This document shows, piece by piece, positions 18,716 to 27,463 of a DNA stretch of 64,000 nt. The notes beneath the pieces were generated by a model, which worked only from the letters and a program-made list of their open reading frames with translations, ran no database searches and was not told the DNA's origin. The position numbers were made by a program, and so were the translations under genes. Position 1 is the stretch's first letter. Each line of letters begins with the position of its first letter. Source of the stretch: Pseudomonadota bacterium (GTDB lineage: Bacteria > Pseudomonadota > Alphaproteobacteria > Rhizobiales > JAKPQE01); contig JAKPQE010000179.1 in assembly GCA_029572955.1 (NCBI GenBank), positions 83,650 through 147,649 on the forward strand, given 5' to 3'.

Positions 18716-19246
18716 TCAGCGGCGACCGAAAAGGAGGGTGCGGCGCGACGTTCCCGGCTGCGGCGAGGCTTCGCTTTGCGCCTCCGGCTCGATCGCCTCG
18801 TCCTCCTCCGGCGGCGGTGTCATCAGCTTGTCGAGCGCGCTCCGCGCCACGGCGACTGCGGCATCGTGGCTCGATACGTCGAGGATCGGCGAATGGAGCG
18901 AATGCGCGGCAAAGAGCCCGGTCACCTCGTCGCCGCCGACCAGGAACTCGCGTGGCCCGGCCGGCATCTCGACGAGGCGCTTGCGCCCCATCGCCGCCAT
19001 TTCGAACGGCTGGTCGTCGAGGGGCAAGAGGACGACGTTCATGAACCACGGCGTGATCAGCACGCCGACGCCTTCGCCGTCATGGATGCGGAAATCGACC
19101 GCCTCGACGGCGATCGCCGGATTGCAGAGCGGCAGGTCGCGCATGCCCTCGGCGATTATGCGGAAGCGGCGCACCAGCACGCCGACCTTGCGCTCGAGCG
19201 TCGCGGTTCGCAGGTCTTCCCTCGACGGATCATCGGCCAGCGTCAT
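18716..19246 (-). CDS. hybE: [NiFe]-hydrogenase assembly chaperone HybE
   Basis: GMRDLPLCNP, GVLITPWFMNVV, SLHSP. Confidence 0.88.
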   Translation of the reverse strand: MTLADDPSREDLRTATLERKVGVLVRRFRIIAEGMRDLPLCNPAIAVEAVDFRIHDGEGVGVLITPWFMNVVLLPLDDQPFEMAAMGRKRLVEMPAGPREFLVGGDEVTGLFAAHSLHSPILDVSSHDAAVAVARSALDKLMTPPPEEDEAIEPEAQSEASPQPGTSRRTLLFGRR

Positions 19247-19494
19247 TGCGCCACCTCCTCCTGGCGCGCGATGACCGGCGCCAGCGCTTGCTCGAAAAGC
19301 CGCAGCCGTTCCTCGGCCTCGGCGGCATCGAGGCGGGCAACCGCGTGATACCCGGCCTGCAGGATCAGATAGTCCCCCGGCCGCACCTCCTCGTCGAGAA
19401 GGAGGAGACTCACCTCGGCCTCGACGCCGCCGCGCAGCACGCGCGCCGTGAAGCCATCGGCGGAAAGGACGGGGACGGGAACGGCGACACACAT
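19243..19494 (-). CDS. hypC: HypC/HybG hydrogenase chaperone
   Basis: N-terminal MCVAVP, GDYLILQAGY. Confidence 0.9.
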   Translation of the reverse strand: MCVAVPVPVLSADGFTARVLRGGVEAEVSLLLLDEEVRPGDYLILQAGYHAVARLDAAEAEERLRLFEQALAPVIARQEEVAQ

Positions 19495-19498
19495 CTCC

Positions 19499-19999
19499 TT
19501 ATTCCGCCGCGACGGGAGAGGACCGCGTCGCGGCGGAGACGCCGAGCCGTTCGAGCTCGGCGATCACGAGGCCGATCGCCGCCTCGCAACCCTGTTCCGC
19601 CTCCGGCGACAGCGAAAGGCCGAGGTCGAGGCTCGCCGGCACGATGCCGACGATGACGACCTCCGCCGGCTTCGCGCCGGTCATGTCGAGCAGCGCCAGC
19701 ACGTCGGAAAGCCCGAGCTGGTGCGGCGACAGACGGGTGCGGAAGAACTGGTCGATATCCGCGCCGGCGAGCCGCACCGTATCGCCGGGCTTGCGCTTCT
19801 TCGACTTGATGGCATCGACGACGATCAGCGCGTCGCGGCCGCTGATCTGGTCGAGCAGCTCCATGCCGCAGGTGCCGCCGTCGAGAACCTCGACCTCCGG
19901 CGGCAGCGCCAGCCGCTTGCCGAGCCGCTCGACGGCATGCACGCCCGCGCCCTCGTCCGAGAGCAGGATGTTGCCGAGACCGAGAACGAGGATCCGCAT
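19499..19999 (-). CDS. hybD: hydrogenase maturation endopeptidase
   Basis: GLGNILLSDEGAG, DGGT, VDA, SPHQLGL. Confidence 0.93.
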   Translation of the reverse strand: MRILVLGLGNILLSDEGAGVHAVERLGKRLALPPEVEVLDGGTCGMELLDQISGRDALIVVDAIKSKKRKPGDTVRLAGADIDQFFRTRLSPHQLGLSDVLALLDMTGAKPAEVVIVGIVPASLDLGLSLSPEAEQGCEAAIGLVIAELERLGVSAATRSSPVAAE

Positions 20000-20020
20000 C
20001 GCAACTCCGATCCGGCCGCG

Positions 20021-21724
20021 TCACATCGCCTTGACCGAGACGATCGGCTCGCGGTCCTCGTCGACCAGATGCACCGCGCAGGCAAGGCACGGATCGAACG
20101 AATGCACCGTGCGCAGCACCTCGAGCGGCAGCGTCGGATCGGCGACCGGGTTGTCGACGAGCGAGGCCTCGTAAGGTCCCGGCGCATCGTTCTGGTCGCG
20201 CGGCCCGGCATTCCAGGTCGAGGGAACGACGCACTGGTAGTTGTCGATCTTGCCGTCCTTGATGACCACCCAGTGCGAGAGCACGCCGCGCGGCGCCTCG
20301 TGATAGCCGAAGCCGCGCACCTCGCCCTTGGGGAACACCGGCCGGTTGAAGGTGTCGAAATCGCCCTTGGAGATGTTGTCGAGGAGCAGCTGCCACTGGT
20401 TCTGCAGGGCCTCGTGCAGCACCGCACAGCGCACCGTGCGCGCCGCGATGCGCCCGACGGTCGAGTGCAGCGCCGCGAGCGGAATCGGCGAGCCGGCAAC
20501 GCTGCTCGCCACCTCGATGAGCTTGGTGAGATGCCGCTTGGTCGGCTCGTGGCCGGCCGCGTACATGGCGAGCACGTTGGCGAGCGGACCGACCTGGGCC
20601 CGTTCGTCGTAGAAGGTCGGCGCCTTCACCCAGGAATATTTTCCGTCTTCCTGGAAATCGGTGTAGTTCGGCGTGGTCTCGCCGTCGAACGGATGGAGGG
20701 CCCCGGCATTGCCGGTGTAGTCGTACCAGGAGTGCTTGACCGCCTCTTTGACGCCGTCGCGGAAATAGGCGTCCTGATAGGACGTGATCGGCTTGAAGGC
20801 ATTGAGGTCGCCCGGAACGTGGCCGCCTGGCAGCTCGAACACCGTTCCCTTGGTGTCGAGCGGAAGATCGGGAACCGAGAGGTAGTTGGTGACGCCGGCA
20901 CCGTATTGCGTCCAGTCCGCATAGAGCGCGCCGACGGCGGCCGTGTCTGTCATCATCGCGTTGTGGATGAAGTCGCCGAGCTTGTCGATCAGCGTCTTGA
21001 CGGCGAACAGCCGTTCGATCGTCAGCGTCGACTGGCTCTCCGGATTGATCGGATTGGCGACGCCGCCGACCGCCAGGTTCTGGATATGCGGCGACTTCGC
21101 GCCGAGGATCGTGACGATCTGGTTGGCGACGCGCTGCACTTCCAGCGCCTGCAGATAGTGCGTTGCCGCCAGGAGATTGATTTCCGGCGGCAGCTTCATC
21201 GCCGGATGGCCCCAGTAACCGGAGGCGTAGGGGCCGAGCTGCCCGGACTCGACGAACTTCGTCAGCTTGTCGCGGACCGCCCGGATCTCGGGCACCGAAT
21301 TGCCGGCGTAGTCGGAGAGGCTCGCGCCGATCTTCGCCGCCGCCTCGGGATCGCCCTTCAGCGCCGAGACGATGTCGACCCAGTCCAGCGCCGCCAGATG
21401 ATAGAAATGCACGATGTGATCATGAATGCCGTGGGCAGTGATGATCATGTTGCGGATGAACTGCGCGTTGAGCGGCACCTCGAGGCCGAGCGCGTTCTCG
21501 ACGGCGCGCACCGAGGTGACGGCATGGACCGTCGTGCACACGCCGCAGATGCGCTGTGTGAACACCCAGGCGTCGCGCGGGTCGCGGTCCTTCAGGATGA
21601 CCTCGATGCCGCGCCACATGGTGCCGGATGACCACGCCTTGGCGACCTTTCCCTCGGTCACCTCGCAATCGATGCGCAGATGGCCCTCGATGCGGGTGAT
21701 CGGATCGATCGTGATGCGAGACAT
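20021..21724 (-). CDS. hybC: [NiFe]-hydrogenase large subunit (group 1c/Hyd-2 type)
   Basis: L1 QRICGVCTTVH, L2 SFDPCLACAVH followed by a 15-aa cleavable tail. Confidence 0.95.
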   Translation of the reverse strand: MSRITIDPITRIEGHLRIDCEVTEGKVAKAWSSGTMWRGIEVILKDRDPRDAWVFTQRICGVCTTVHAVTSVRAVENALGLEVPLNAQFIRNMIITAHGIHDHIVHFYHLAALDWVDIVSALKGDPEAAAKIGASLSDYAGNSVPEIRAVRDKLTKFVESGQLGPYASGYWGHPAMKLPPEINLLAATHYLQALEVQRVANQIVTILGAKSPHIQNLAVGGVANPINPESQSTLTIERLFAVKTLIDKLGDFIHNAMMTDTAAVGALYADWTQYGAGVTNYLSVPDLPLDTKGTVFELPGGHVPGDLNAFKPITSYQDAYFRDGVKEAVKHSWYDYTGNAGALHPFDGETTPNYTDFQEDGKYSWVKAPTFYDERAQVGPLANVLAMYAAGHEPTKRHLTKLIEVASSVAGSPIPLAALHSTVGRIAARTVRCAVLHEALQNQWQLLLDNISKGDFDTFNRPVFPKGEVRGFGYHEAPRGVLSHWVVIKDGKIDNYQCVVPSTWNAGPRDQNDAPGPYEASLVDNPVADPTLPLEVLRTVHSFDPCLACAVHLVDEDREPIVSVKAM

Positions 21725-21736
21725 GGCGCTTGCCTC

Positions 21737-22912
21737 CTATTCGGCAGGCTGGGCCGGGACATCCTCGGCGCCATAGGGCGCGCCATGCCGGGCCGGAAGA
21801 ACGGGAAGGGTCTTGACGAAGACGAGGTAGAGCAGGATTTCGAAGGCGATGATGCCGATCGAGACCATGATCTCGGAGACCGAGGGGAAGTAGCTCCAGT
21901 TGCCGACCGGCTGGAGGCCGACGAGATAGCTGTCGAGCCGGTAGAGCGCGCCGCCGAGGAGAAGGGCCGTCGCGGCAACGAAGCTCATCCGCTCGTCGGC
22001 GCGCAGCTGCGGCGTCAGCAGCACGACGACGGCAAAGACGAGCAGAAGGTTCTCGATCCAGAACATCGTCGCTTTGAGGTCGAAGGCGAAGGCGAGGCCG
22101 GCATTGCCCGCAACGACGAGATCGATCCAGCGCAGCGCGAGCCAGCCCGCCATCAGCAGTCCGACGAAGCGCGACAGGCGGGTGATCAGCGGCTGTTCGG
22201 AGTCGAGCCGGAAGGTCTTGGAGACGACGATCGCCTCGAACATGACGACGGCGTAGCCCATCGCCAGGGCGCTCGTGACGAACAGCACCGGCAGCCAGGG
22301 CGTGAACCAGAGATGCGAGAGCTTGGTGCCCATCACGAGGAGAACCGAGCCGAGCGACGATTGATGCATTGTCGGCAGCAGCACGCCGAGGGCGATGAAC
22401 AGCCACATGTAGCGCTGCAGCGTCGCCTTCAGCTTCTTGAAGCCGAAGCGCTCCATGAAGGCCGGCGAGAACTCGATCCACAGCACGATGACGTAGACCA
22501 TGACGCAGAGCGCGACCTCGAACATCACCGAGTTCGGCTGCGCGTACCAGGGCAGCAGGAGATTGTAGAACTGCCAGTAGCGGCCGAGGTCGACGATCAC
22601 CGCGATGCCGGCGAGCGTATAGCCGAAAAGGCCGCCGAGCAGCGCCGGGCGCACCATCGGATGGTATTCGCCCTTGTTGAGGATGTAGACGATGAGGGCG
22701 AGGGCGAAGCCGCCGCAGCCGAAGGCGGTGCCGATGACGATGTCGACGACCACCCAGATGCCCCAGGGATAGCCCGGATTGATGTTGGTGACGGCGCCGA
22801 GGCCGTACATGAAGCGCTGGGCGATGAAGAAGGCGGCGATCGCCACCAGCGTCGCCAGTACGAGGGTTGTCGGCGTCAGGATCCGCCGGCGCAGGGGGGC
22901 AGCGAGACTCAT
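21737..22912 (-). CDS. hybB: hydrogenase membrane subunit, NrfD/HybB family
   Basis: GYPWGIW, DLGRYW, LPTMHQSSLG; multiple TM helices. Confidence 0.93.
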   Translation of the reverse strand: MSLAAPLRRRILTPTTLVLATLVAIAAFFIAQRFMYGLGAVTNINPGYPWGIWVVVDIVIGTAFGCGGFALALIVYILNKGEYHPMVRPALLGGLFGYTLAGIAVIVDLGRYWQFYNLLLPWYAQPNSVMFEVALCVMVYVIVLWIEFSPAFMERFGFKKLKATLQRYMWLFIALGVLLPTMHQSSLGSVLLVMGTKLSHLWFTPWLPVLFVTSALAMGYAVVMFEAIVVSKTFRLDSEQPLITRLSRFVGLLMAGWLALRWIDLVVAGNAGLAFAFDLKATMFWIENLLLVFAVVVLLTPQLRADERMSFVAATALLLGGALYRLDSYLVGLQPVGNWSYFPSVSEIMVSIGIIAFEILLYLVFVKTLPVLPARHGAPYGAEDVPAQPAE

Positions 22913-22923
22913 CGGAATCCTCC

Positions 22924-23928
22924 TCAGCTCTCGATGCCGTCGCCATGGGTCTTCGCCGTATTGCGACGGGCGAGGAAGGCGAGGCCGGCGAGCGCCACGA
23001 CGGGCGCGATCATGAACTTGTAGACGGTGTGCTGGACGCCCTCGGCGAGCCGCGCGTAGGAACGGTCCGGCACGGTCGGCAGGCCGAGCTTCTCGAACGG
23101 CACGCCGGAGAGGTAGTGCACCTGGGTGCCGCCGGCGGCCTTCGGGCCGTAGACGTCGGCGATGTAGCTCGCGACCGGTGCGTCGTTGGCCGGCCGGTCT
23201 CCGCCGAGCTCGCCGCGCGGGAAGGAGTAGATGCTGCCGGCGGCGGCGGCCAGCCGGCGCTCGGTCTCTTCCCTGATCCCGGCGACCGTGCCGAACAGCG
23301 AGGCGCCGGTCGGACAGACGTCGCAGCAGGCCGGGATCTTGCCCTCGGCGAGCAGGTGCGAGCACATCTGGCACTTGTTGATCCGGCCGAAGGGACCGCT
23401 GATGTCGAACTGCGGCACGCCGAACGGGCAGCCATAGACGCAGTAGCGGCAGCCGATGCAGGCATCCGGATTGTAGCTGACGATGCCGGTGACCGGGTCC
23501 TTGCGCATCGCCGACACCGGGCAGACCGACACGCAGCTCGGATCGACGCAATGCAGGCAGTGCCGCTTGACGAAGGCATAGCCGTCGGTCTCGCGGTCCT
23601 TGGTCTCCATCGTGCCGTTGCGATAGGCCATGATGACGTTGAGCGTCTTGCCCGAGAGGCTCGTGGCGCTGTCCCAGGTGCCCTCGTTCCAGCCGGCGTG
23701 CTCGGCCGGAATCTCCTGCGGCATGCCGTTGGAGATCTTGCAGGCGCGCACGCAGGCCTTGCAGCCGATGCAAAGGGTCGAGTCATAGAGAATGCCGACC
23801 GCCTCCGGCGGCATCTCCCTGGGCTCGCGCCACAGTGCCTCGGCGTCGGTCGCCACCACGCTCGCCCCCGCGCCGGAGGCGACGGCGCCCATTCGGGTCA
23901 GGAATTGCCGGCGATCCAGATTGGTCAT
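22924..23928 (-). CDS. hybA: hydrogenase 2 ferredoxin-type subunit (Tat-exported)
   Basis: DRRQFL Tat motif; four CxxCxxCxxxC-type clusters. Confidence 0.94.
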   Translation of the reverse strand: MTNLDRRQFLTRMGAVASGAGASVVATDAEALWREPREMPPEAVGILYDSTLCIGCKACVRACKISNGMPQEIPAEHAGWNEGTWDSATSLSGKTLNVIMAYRNGTMETKDRETDGYAFVKRHCLHCVDPSCVSVCPVSAMRKDPVTGIVSYNPDACIGCRYCVYGCPFGVPQFDISGPFGRINKCQMCSHLLAEGKIPACCDVCPTGASLFGTVAGIREETERRLAAAAGSIYSFPRGELGGDRPANDAPVASYIADVYGPKAAGGTQVHYLSGVPFEKLGLPTVPDRSYARLAEGVQHTVYKFMIAPVVALAGLAFLARRNTAKTHGDGIES

Positions 23929-23967
23929 GGCTTGTCGTTCCCCGTCGAACCATTCGTTCGATCAGTC

Positions 23968-25128
23968 TCAGCCTTCCTTGGCGGAGGAGTCCTTGTCGTC
24001 GCCCATCTGCTTGAGCAGCATCGCCCCGGCGCCGACGAGCACGCCCGCCGCCGCGCCGACGACCGCGGCTGCCCCGGCGCTGATGCCGTCGCCCTGCGCC
24101 GTCGTCGGCTCGGGATAGGCGGTCGGCGGCGACGCCGTCTTCAAGGCCGCGAGGGAGTGGATCGGCTTGGTGAAGCCGACGCCCTTCTCGGTGCAGCCGA
24201 AGCACGGATGGCCCGTGCCGACCGGCCAGGCGCCGTGACCGACGTCGCCGAAACCGATCGCCGGGCAGTTGGCGTAGGTCTCGGGACCCTTGCAGCCGAT
24301 CTTGTAGAGACAGAATCCCTGCCGGTGCCCCTCGTCGCCGAATTCGAGGGCGAAGCGCCCCGCATCGAAATGCGGACGCCGCTCGCAGTTCTCGTGGATG
24401 AGGCGGCCATAGGCGAATTTCGGCCGGTTCTCGGCGTCGAGCTCGGGCGGCCGGCCGAAGGTCAGGAGATAGATGACCGTCGAGAGGAAATTGTAGGGAT
24501 TGGGCGGGCAGCCCGGAATGGTGACGACGGTCTTGTCGGGAATGACCTCGCGCGTGCCGACGGCCCCGGTCGGGTTGGGACTGGCCGACTGCACGCCGCC
24601 CCACGAGGCGCAGGAGCCGATGGCGATGATCGCCGCCGCGCCTTCCGCCGCCTCGCGGATCAGCTCGGCCTGCGTCTGGCCGCCGACCTTGCAGTAGATG
24701 CCGTTGTCCTTCATCGGCGTTCCGCCCTCGGTGACGAGGACGTATTTGCCTTTGTGCTCGGCCATCATCTTGTGCTTGTGGTCGAGCGCCTGCTGGCCGG
24801 CGCCGGCGCACAGGGTGTCGTGATAGTCGAGCGAGATCACCTCGAGCAGCAGCTGCTCGAGCGTCGGGTGATAGGCGCGCAGCAGCGACTCGGTGCAGCC
24901 GGTGCATTCCTGGCCGTGCAGCCAGATCACCGGCGGGCGTTGCGGCGCCATCGCCGCCTCGGCCATGCGCACGCCCGCCGCCGCCGACAGGCCCATGCTC
25001 GCCGCGATGCCGGCGCAGAACTGCAGCAGCGTTCGCCGGCTGATCGCACAGTGCCCGCTGATCGGCGCGTCTGGCGTTTCGCCTAGAACCTTGTCGAAAT
25101 CGATTTTCGGCGAATGGATCGGCTCCAT
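23968..25128 (-). CDS. hybO: [NiFe]-hydrogenase small subunit
   Basis: Tat SRRTLLQF, ECTGCTE, GSCA, GCPP, HENCERR, CLYKIGCKGP, GHPCFGC, C-terminal TM anchor. Confidence 0.95.
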   Translation of the reverse strand: MEPIHSPKIDFDKVLGETPDAPISGHCAISRRTLLQFCAGIAASMGLSAAAGVRMAEAAMAPQRPPVIWLHGQECTGCTESLLRAYHPTLEQLLLEVISLDYHDTLCAGAGQQALDHKHKMMAEHKGKYVLVTEGGTPMKDNGIYCKVGGQTQAELIREAAEGAAAIIAIGSCASWGGVQSASPNPTGAVGTREVIPDKTVVTIPGCPPNPYNFLSTVIYLLTFGRPPELDAENRPKFAYGRLIHENCERRPHFDAGRFALEFGDEGHRQGFCLYKIGCKGPETYANCPAIGFGDVGHGAWPVGTGHPCFGCTEKGVGFTKPIHSLAALKTASPPTAYPEPTTAQGDGISAGAAAVVGAAAGVLVGAGAMLLKQMGDDKDSSAKEG

Positions 25129-25199
25129 GTCCCAGCCCCCTCCGGCCACTGCGCTTCTGGCGGTCGTGCGAGGCTATTCGCAGGCTCGATCGCGCTGCG

Positions 25200-25213
25200 A
25201 TGACGATCGTCAA
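25200..25213. promoter_or_regulatory. FNR/FixK-type box upstream of hybO
   Basis: Minus strand TTGAC-GATC-GTCAT, ~72 bp before the hybO ATG. Confidence 0.6.
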
Positions 25214-25289
25214 TTTTTTCGGGACGGGCCGCGGCGCGGCGGCGGGGAGGGGACGGCCCGGGCAGAACGCCGGGCATTCCGCGGCCGTG

Positions 25290-26012
25290 TCAGCCGTTCA
25301 GTTCGGCTTCCATGCTGGCAACGAGGGCGTCGAGCCGGGGAATTCGAACCATGCGTCCGGAGAAGGCGGCAAGTCCCTCCTTCTCGAGGCGGGCCATGAT
25401 GCGCGAGACGGTTTCGTGTCGGGTCCCGATCATTGCCGCGAGGTCGCGCCGCGTGATCGGCAGGTGCAGCAGGTCCGAGCCGTCGTCGTCCCGGTAGCCG
25501 TGCCGCGCGGTGAGGTCGACGAGGACCTGGCAAAGCCGGCCGCGATTCGACAGCGCGACCTGGCGGGTCAGCGTGTTGTAGGCGTTTTCCGCATCGGAGA
25601 CGGCGCGCGAGACGAAGCAGCGGTTGAGCGCCGGGCTCTCCGCGATGGCCGCGAGCAGGGTGCGCCGCGCGACTCGGCACACGACCGCCGGGCCGATCGC
25701 CTCGGCGCTGGAGCGGTGCTCGTTGCCCTCGAAAAACGAGCGGTAGCCGAGCGTGTCACCGGGATAGGCGAGCTTCAGCAGCGCCGAATTGCCGTTCGCG
25801 TCGGTGCGCCGGATCGCGATCATGCCGGCCCGCACGCAGTAGATTCCGGCATTCGGGTCACCCTGCAGGAACACCACCTGACCGGACCCGTATTCCCGGC
25901 GGCTGAGCCCCTTGCCGAGCATTTCGAAGCACGGCCGGTCGATGCCCGCCCACACGGAGCGAGATGCCACGAGACATTCGCAGCAGTCGATATGGGCTCC
26001 GCCCTTCGACAC
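25290..26012 (-). CDS. Crp/Fnr family transcriptional regulator
   Basis: GTG with GGAGG RBS; N-terminal Cys cluster, cNMP-like domain, HTH TRRDLAAMIGTRHETVSR. Confidence 0.92.
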   Translation of the reverse strand: MSKGGAHIDCCECLVASRSVWAGIDRPCFEMLGKGLSRREYGSGQVVFLQGDPNAGIYCVRAGMIAIRRTDANGNSALLKLAYPGDTLGYRSFFEGNEHRSSAEAIGPAVVCRVARRTLLAAIAESPALNRCFVSRAVSDAENAYNTLTRQVALSNRGRLCQVLVDLTARHGYRDDDGSDLLHLPITRRDLAAMIGTRHETVSRIMARLEKEGLAAFSGRMVRIPRLDALVASMEAELNG

Positions 26013-26093
26013 GCCGACCTTCCTCCCCGGGGAAAACACCCCATTCACGATGCGGCTTTTGCCGGAAGGTTTCAACGGTCGGCGCCGCGGTCA

Positions 26094-26107
26094 TTGACGA
26101 GAGTCAA
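26094..26107. promoter_or_regulatory. FNR/FixK-type box between crp/fnr and cytochrome c
   Basis: Perfect TTGAC-GAGA-GTCAA. Confidence 0.7.
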
Positions 26108-26316
26108 TCGGGACCCACGAAGAAGCGACTGTTTTCTATAGACTTTCGTCGAAATATGGCGATCCGGCCACGCCACGGAGGCGCGCCGCGACCCCCGAAA
26201 CAGCGCCGGCTCTCGTCCGCGAAAAATGACGATCATCAACATTCGGCCGCCGCTCGGCCTCTATGGTGCGGGCTTCGATCGCATCGAAGCGGATCTCCGG
26301 CCGCTAGGGGGCGCGC

Positions 26317-26757
26317 ATGGGTCAGCCAGCATCCTACATCACGGCAATCGCCATCGCCGGCCTTGCCGCGCTCGGAGTTGCCTGGGCGGTGACGAGCGAG
26401 GCACCGGCCGGGCAGGCCGGCCTCGTCGAGGACGGCGCCTTCGTCTTCAAGGCGGCACCGGCCGGCTCCGACACGGCCCTCAGGGACTGCGTCGTCTGTC
26501 ACAGCGTCGAGGCCGGCGGCCCGGCGCGGGTGGCGCCGAATCTCTACGGCATCGTCGGCGCACCCAAGGCGCGCGCCGGCTGGTACGCCTATTCGCCGGC
26601 CCTCAGGAAACTCGGCGGGGACTGGAGTGAGGCCGATCTCGACAAGTTCCTGACGAGCCCGTCGAGCTATGCCCCCGGCACGTCGAAGACCATCGTCGGC
26701 TATGCCGACGCCAAGACACGCGCCGACATCATCGCCGCTTTGAAGGCCGCCCGCTGA
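26317..26757 (+). CDS. class I c-type cytochrome (c2/cY-like) with N-terminal anchor/signal
   Basis: CVVCH, APNLYGIVG, YSPAL, PGTSK. Confidence 0.92.
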   Translation: MGQPASYITAIAIAGLAALGVAWAVTSEAPAGQAGLVEDGAFVFKAAPAGSDTALRDCVVCHSVEAGGPARVAPNLYGIVGAPKARAGWYAYSPALRKLGGDWSEADLDKFLTSPSSYAPGTSKTIVGYADAKTRADIIAALKAAR

Positions 26758-26790
26758 GCGCGGCGTTCCACCATCAGGGAGCCCAGGTGC

Positions 26791-27360
26791 ATGAGGTTCA
26801 TTAGAGCAATCCCGGCGGCCGCGGCTGCGAGCCTGTTTCCGACCATGGCGATGGCGCATACCGGTCTGCACGGCGACGGCTGGCTGGCCGGTCTCACCCA
26901 TCCGGTCTCCGGCATCGATCATCTTCTGGCGATGGTCGCCGTCGGTTTCTGGGCCGGTCGCATCGGCGGCACGGCGCGCTGGCTCGTCCCGCTCGTGTTC
27001 GTCGGCGTGATGGCCCTCGGCGCCGTTCCCGGCGCGTTGGCGGGGACGGTGCCCGGTCTCGAGGCATGGCTTGCCGCGAGCGTCGTCTTCCTCGGCCTGA
27101 TGGTGGCGTTCGAGGTGCGGCTGGCGACGCTGCCCGCGGCACTCCTCGTCGGCTGCTTTGCCGCGTTCCACGGTCTCGCGCATGGCGCCGAGATGCCGGC
27201 GATGACCTCGGCGGCCGGCTACGCCGCAGGCTTCCTTGCAACGACGGCTGTCCTGCACGGGCTCGGCATCGCGATGGCGGCGATCCCGCTGCGCTCGATC
27301 TTCGTGCGCTTCGCCGGGCTGGCGATCACCGCCACCGGATTGGTGCTGGCCGCCGGCTGA
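26791..27360 (+). CDS. hupE: HupE/UreJ nickel transporter
   Basis: AMAHTG, HPVSGIDHLLAMVAVG, FHGLAHGAEMP. Confidence 0.94.
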   Translation: MRFIRAIPAAAAASLFPTMAMAHTGLHGDGWLAGLTHPVSGIDHLLAMVAVGFWAGRIGGTARWLVPLVFVGVMALGAVPGALAGTVPGLEAWLAASVVFLGLMVAFEVRLATLPAALLVGCFAAFHGLAHGAEMPAMTSAAGYAAGFLATTAVLHGLGIAMAAIPLRSIFVRFAGLAITATGLVLAAG

Positions 27361-27394
27361 GGCGCCATCGAGCCACGTCGGGCAGCCTGAACGG

Positions 27395-27426
27395 CCGCCG
27401 GGACCTCGTGGGTCCCGGCGGTTTTT
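27395..27426 (+). terminator. rho-independent terminator after hupE
   Basis: CCGCCGGGAC / GTCCCGGCGG stem followed by TTTTT. Confidence 0.75.
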
Positions 27427-27463
27427 CATCGCGTCGTTCGTGCCTGGCGGCGCGTCGAATCCC

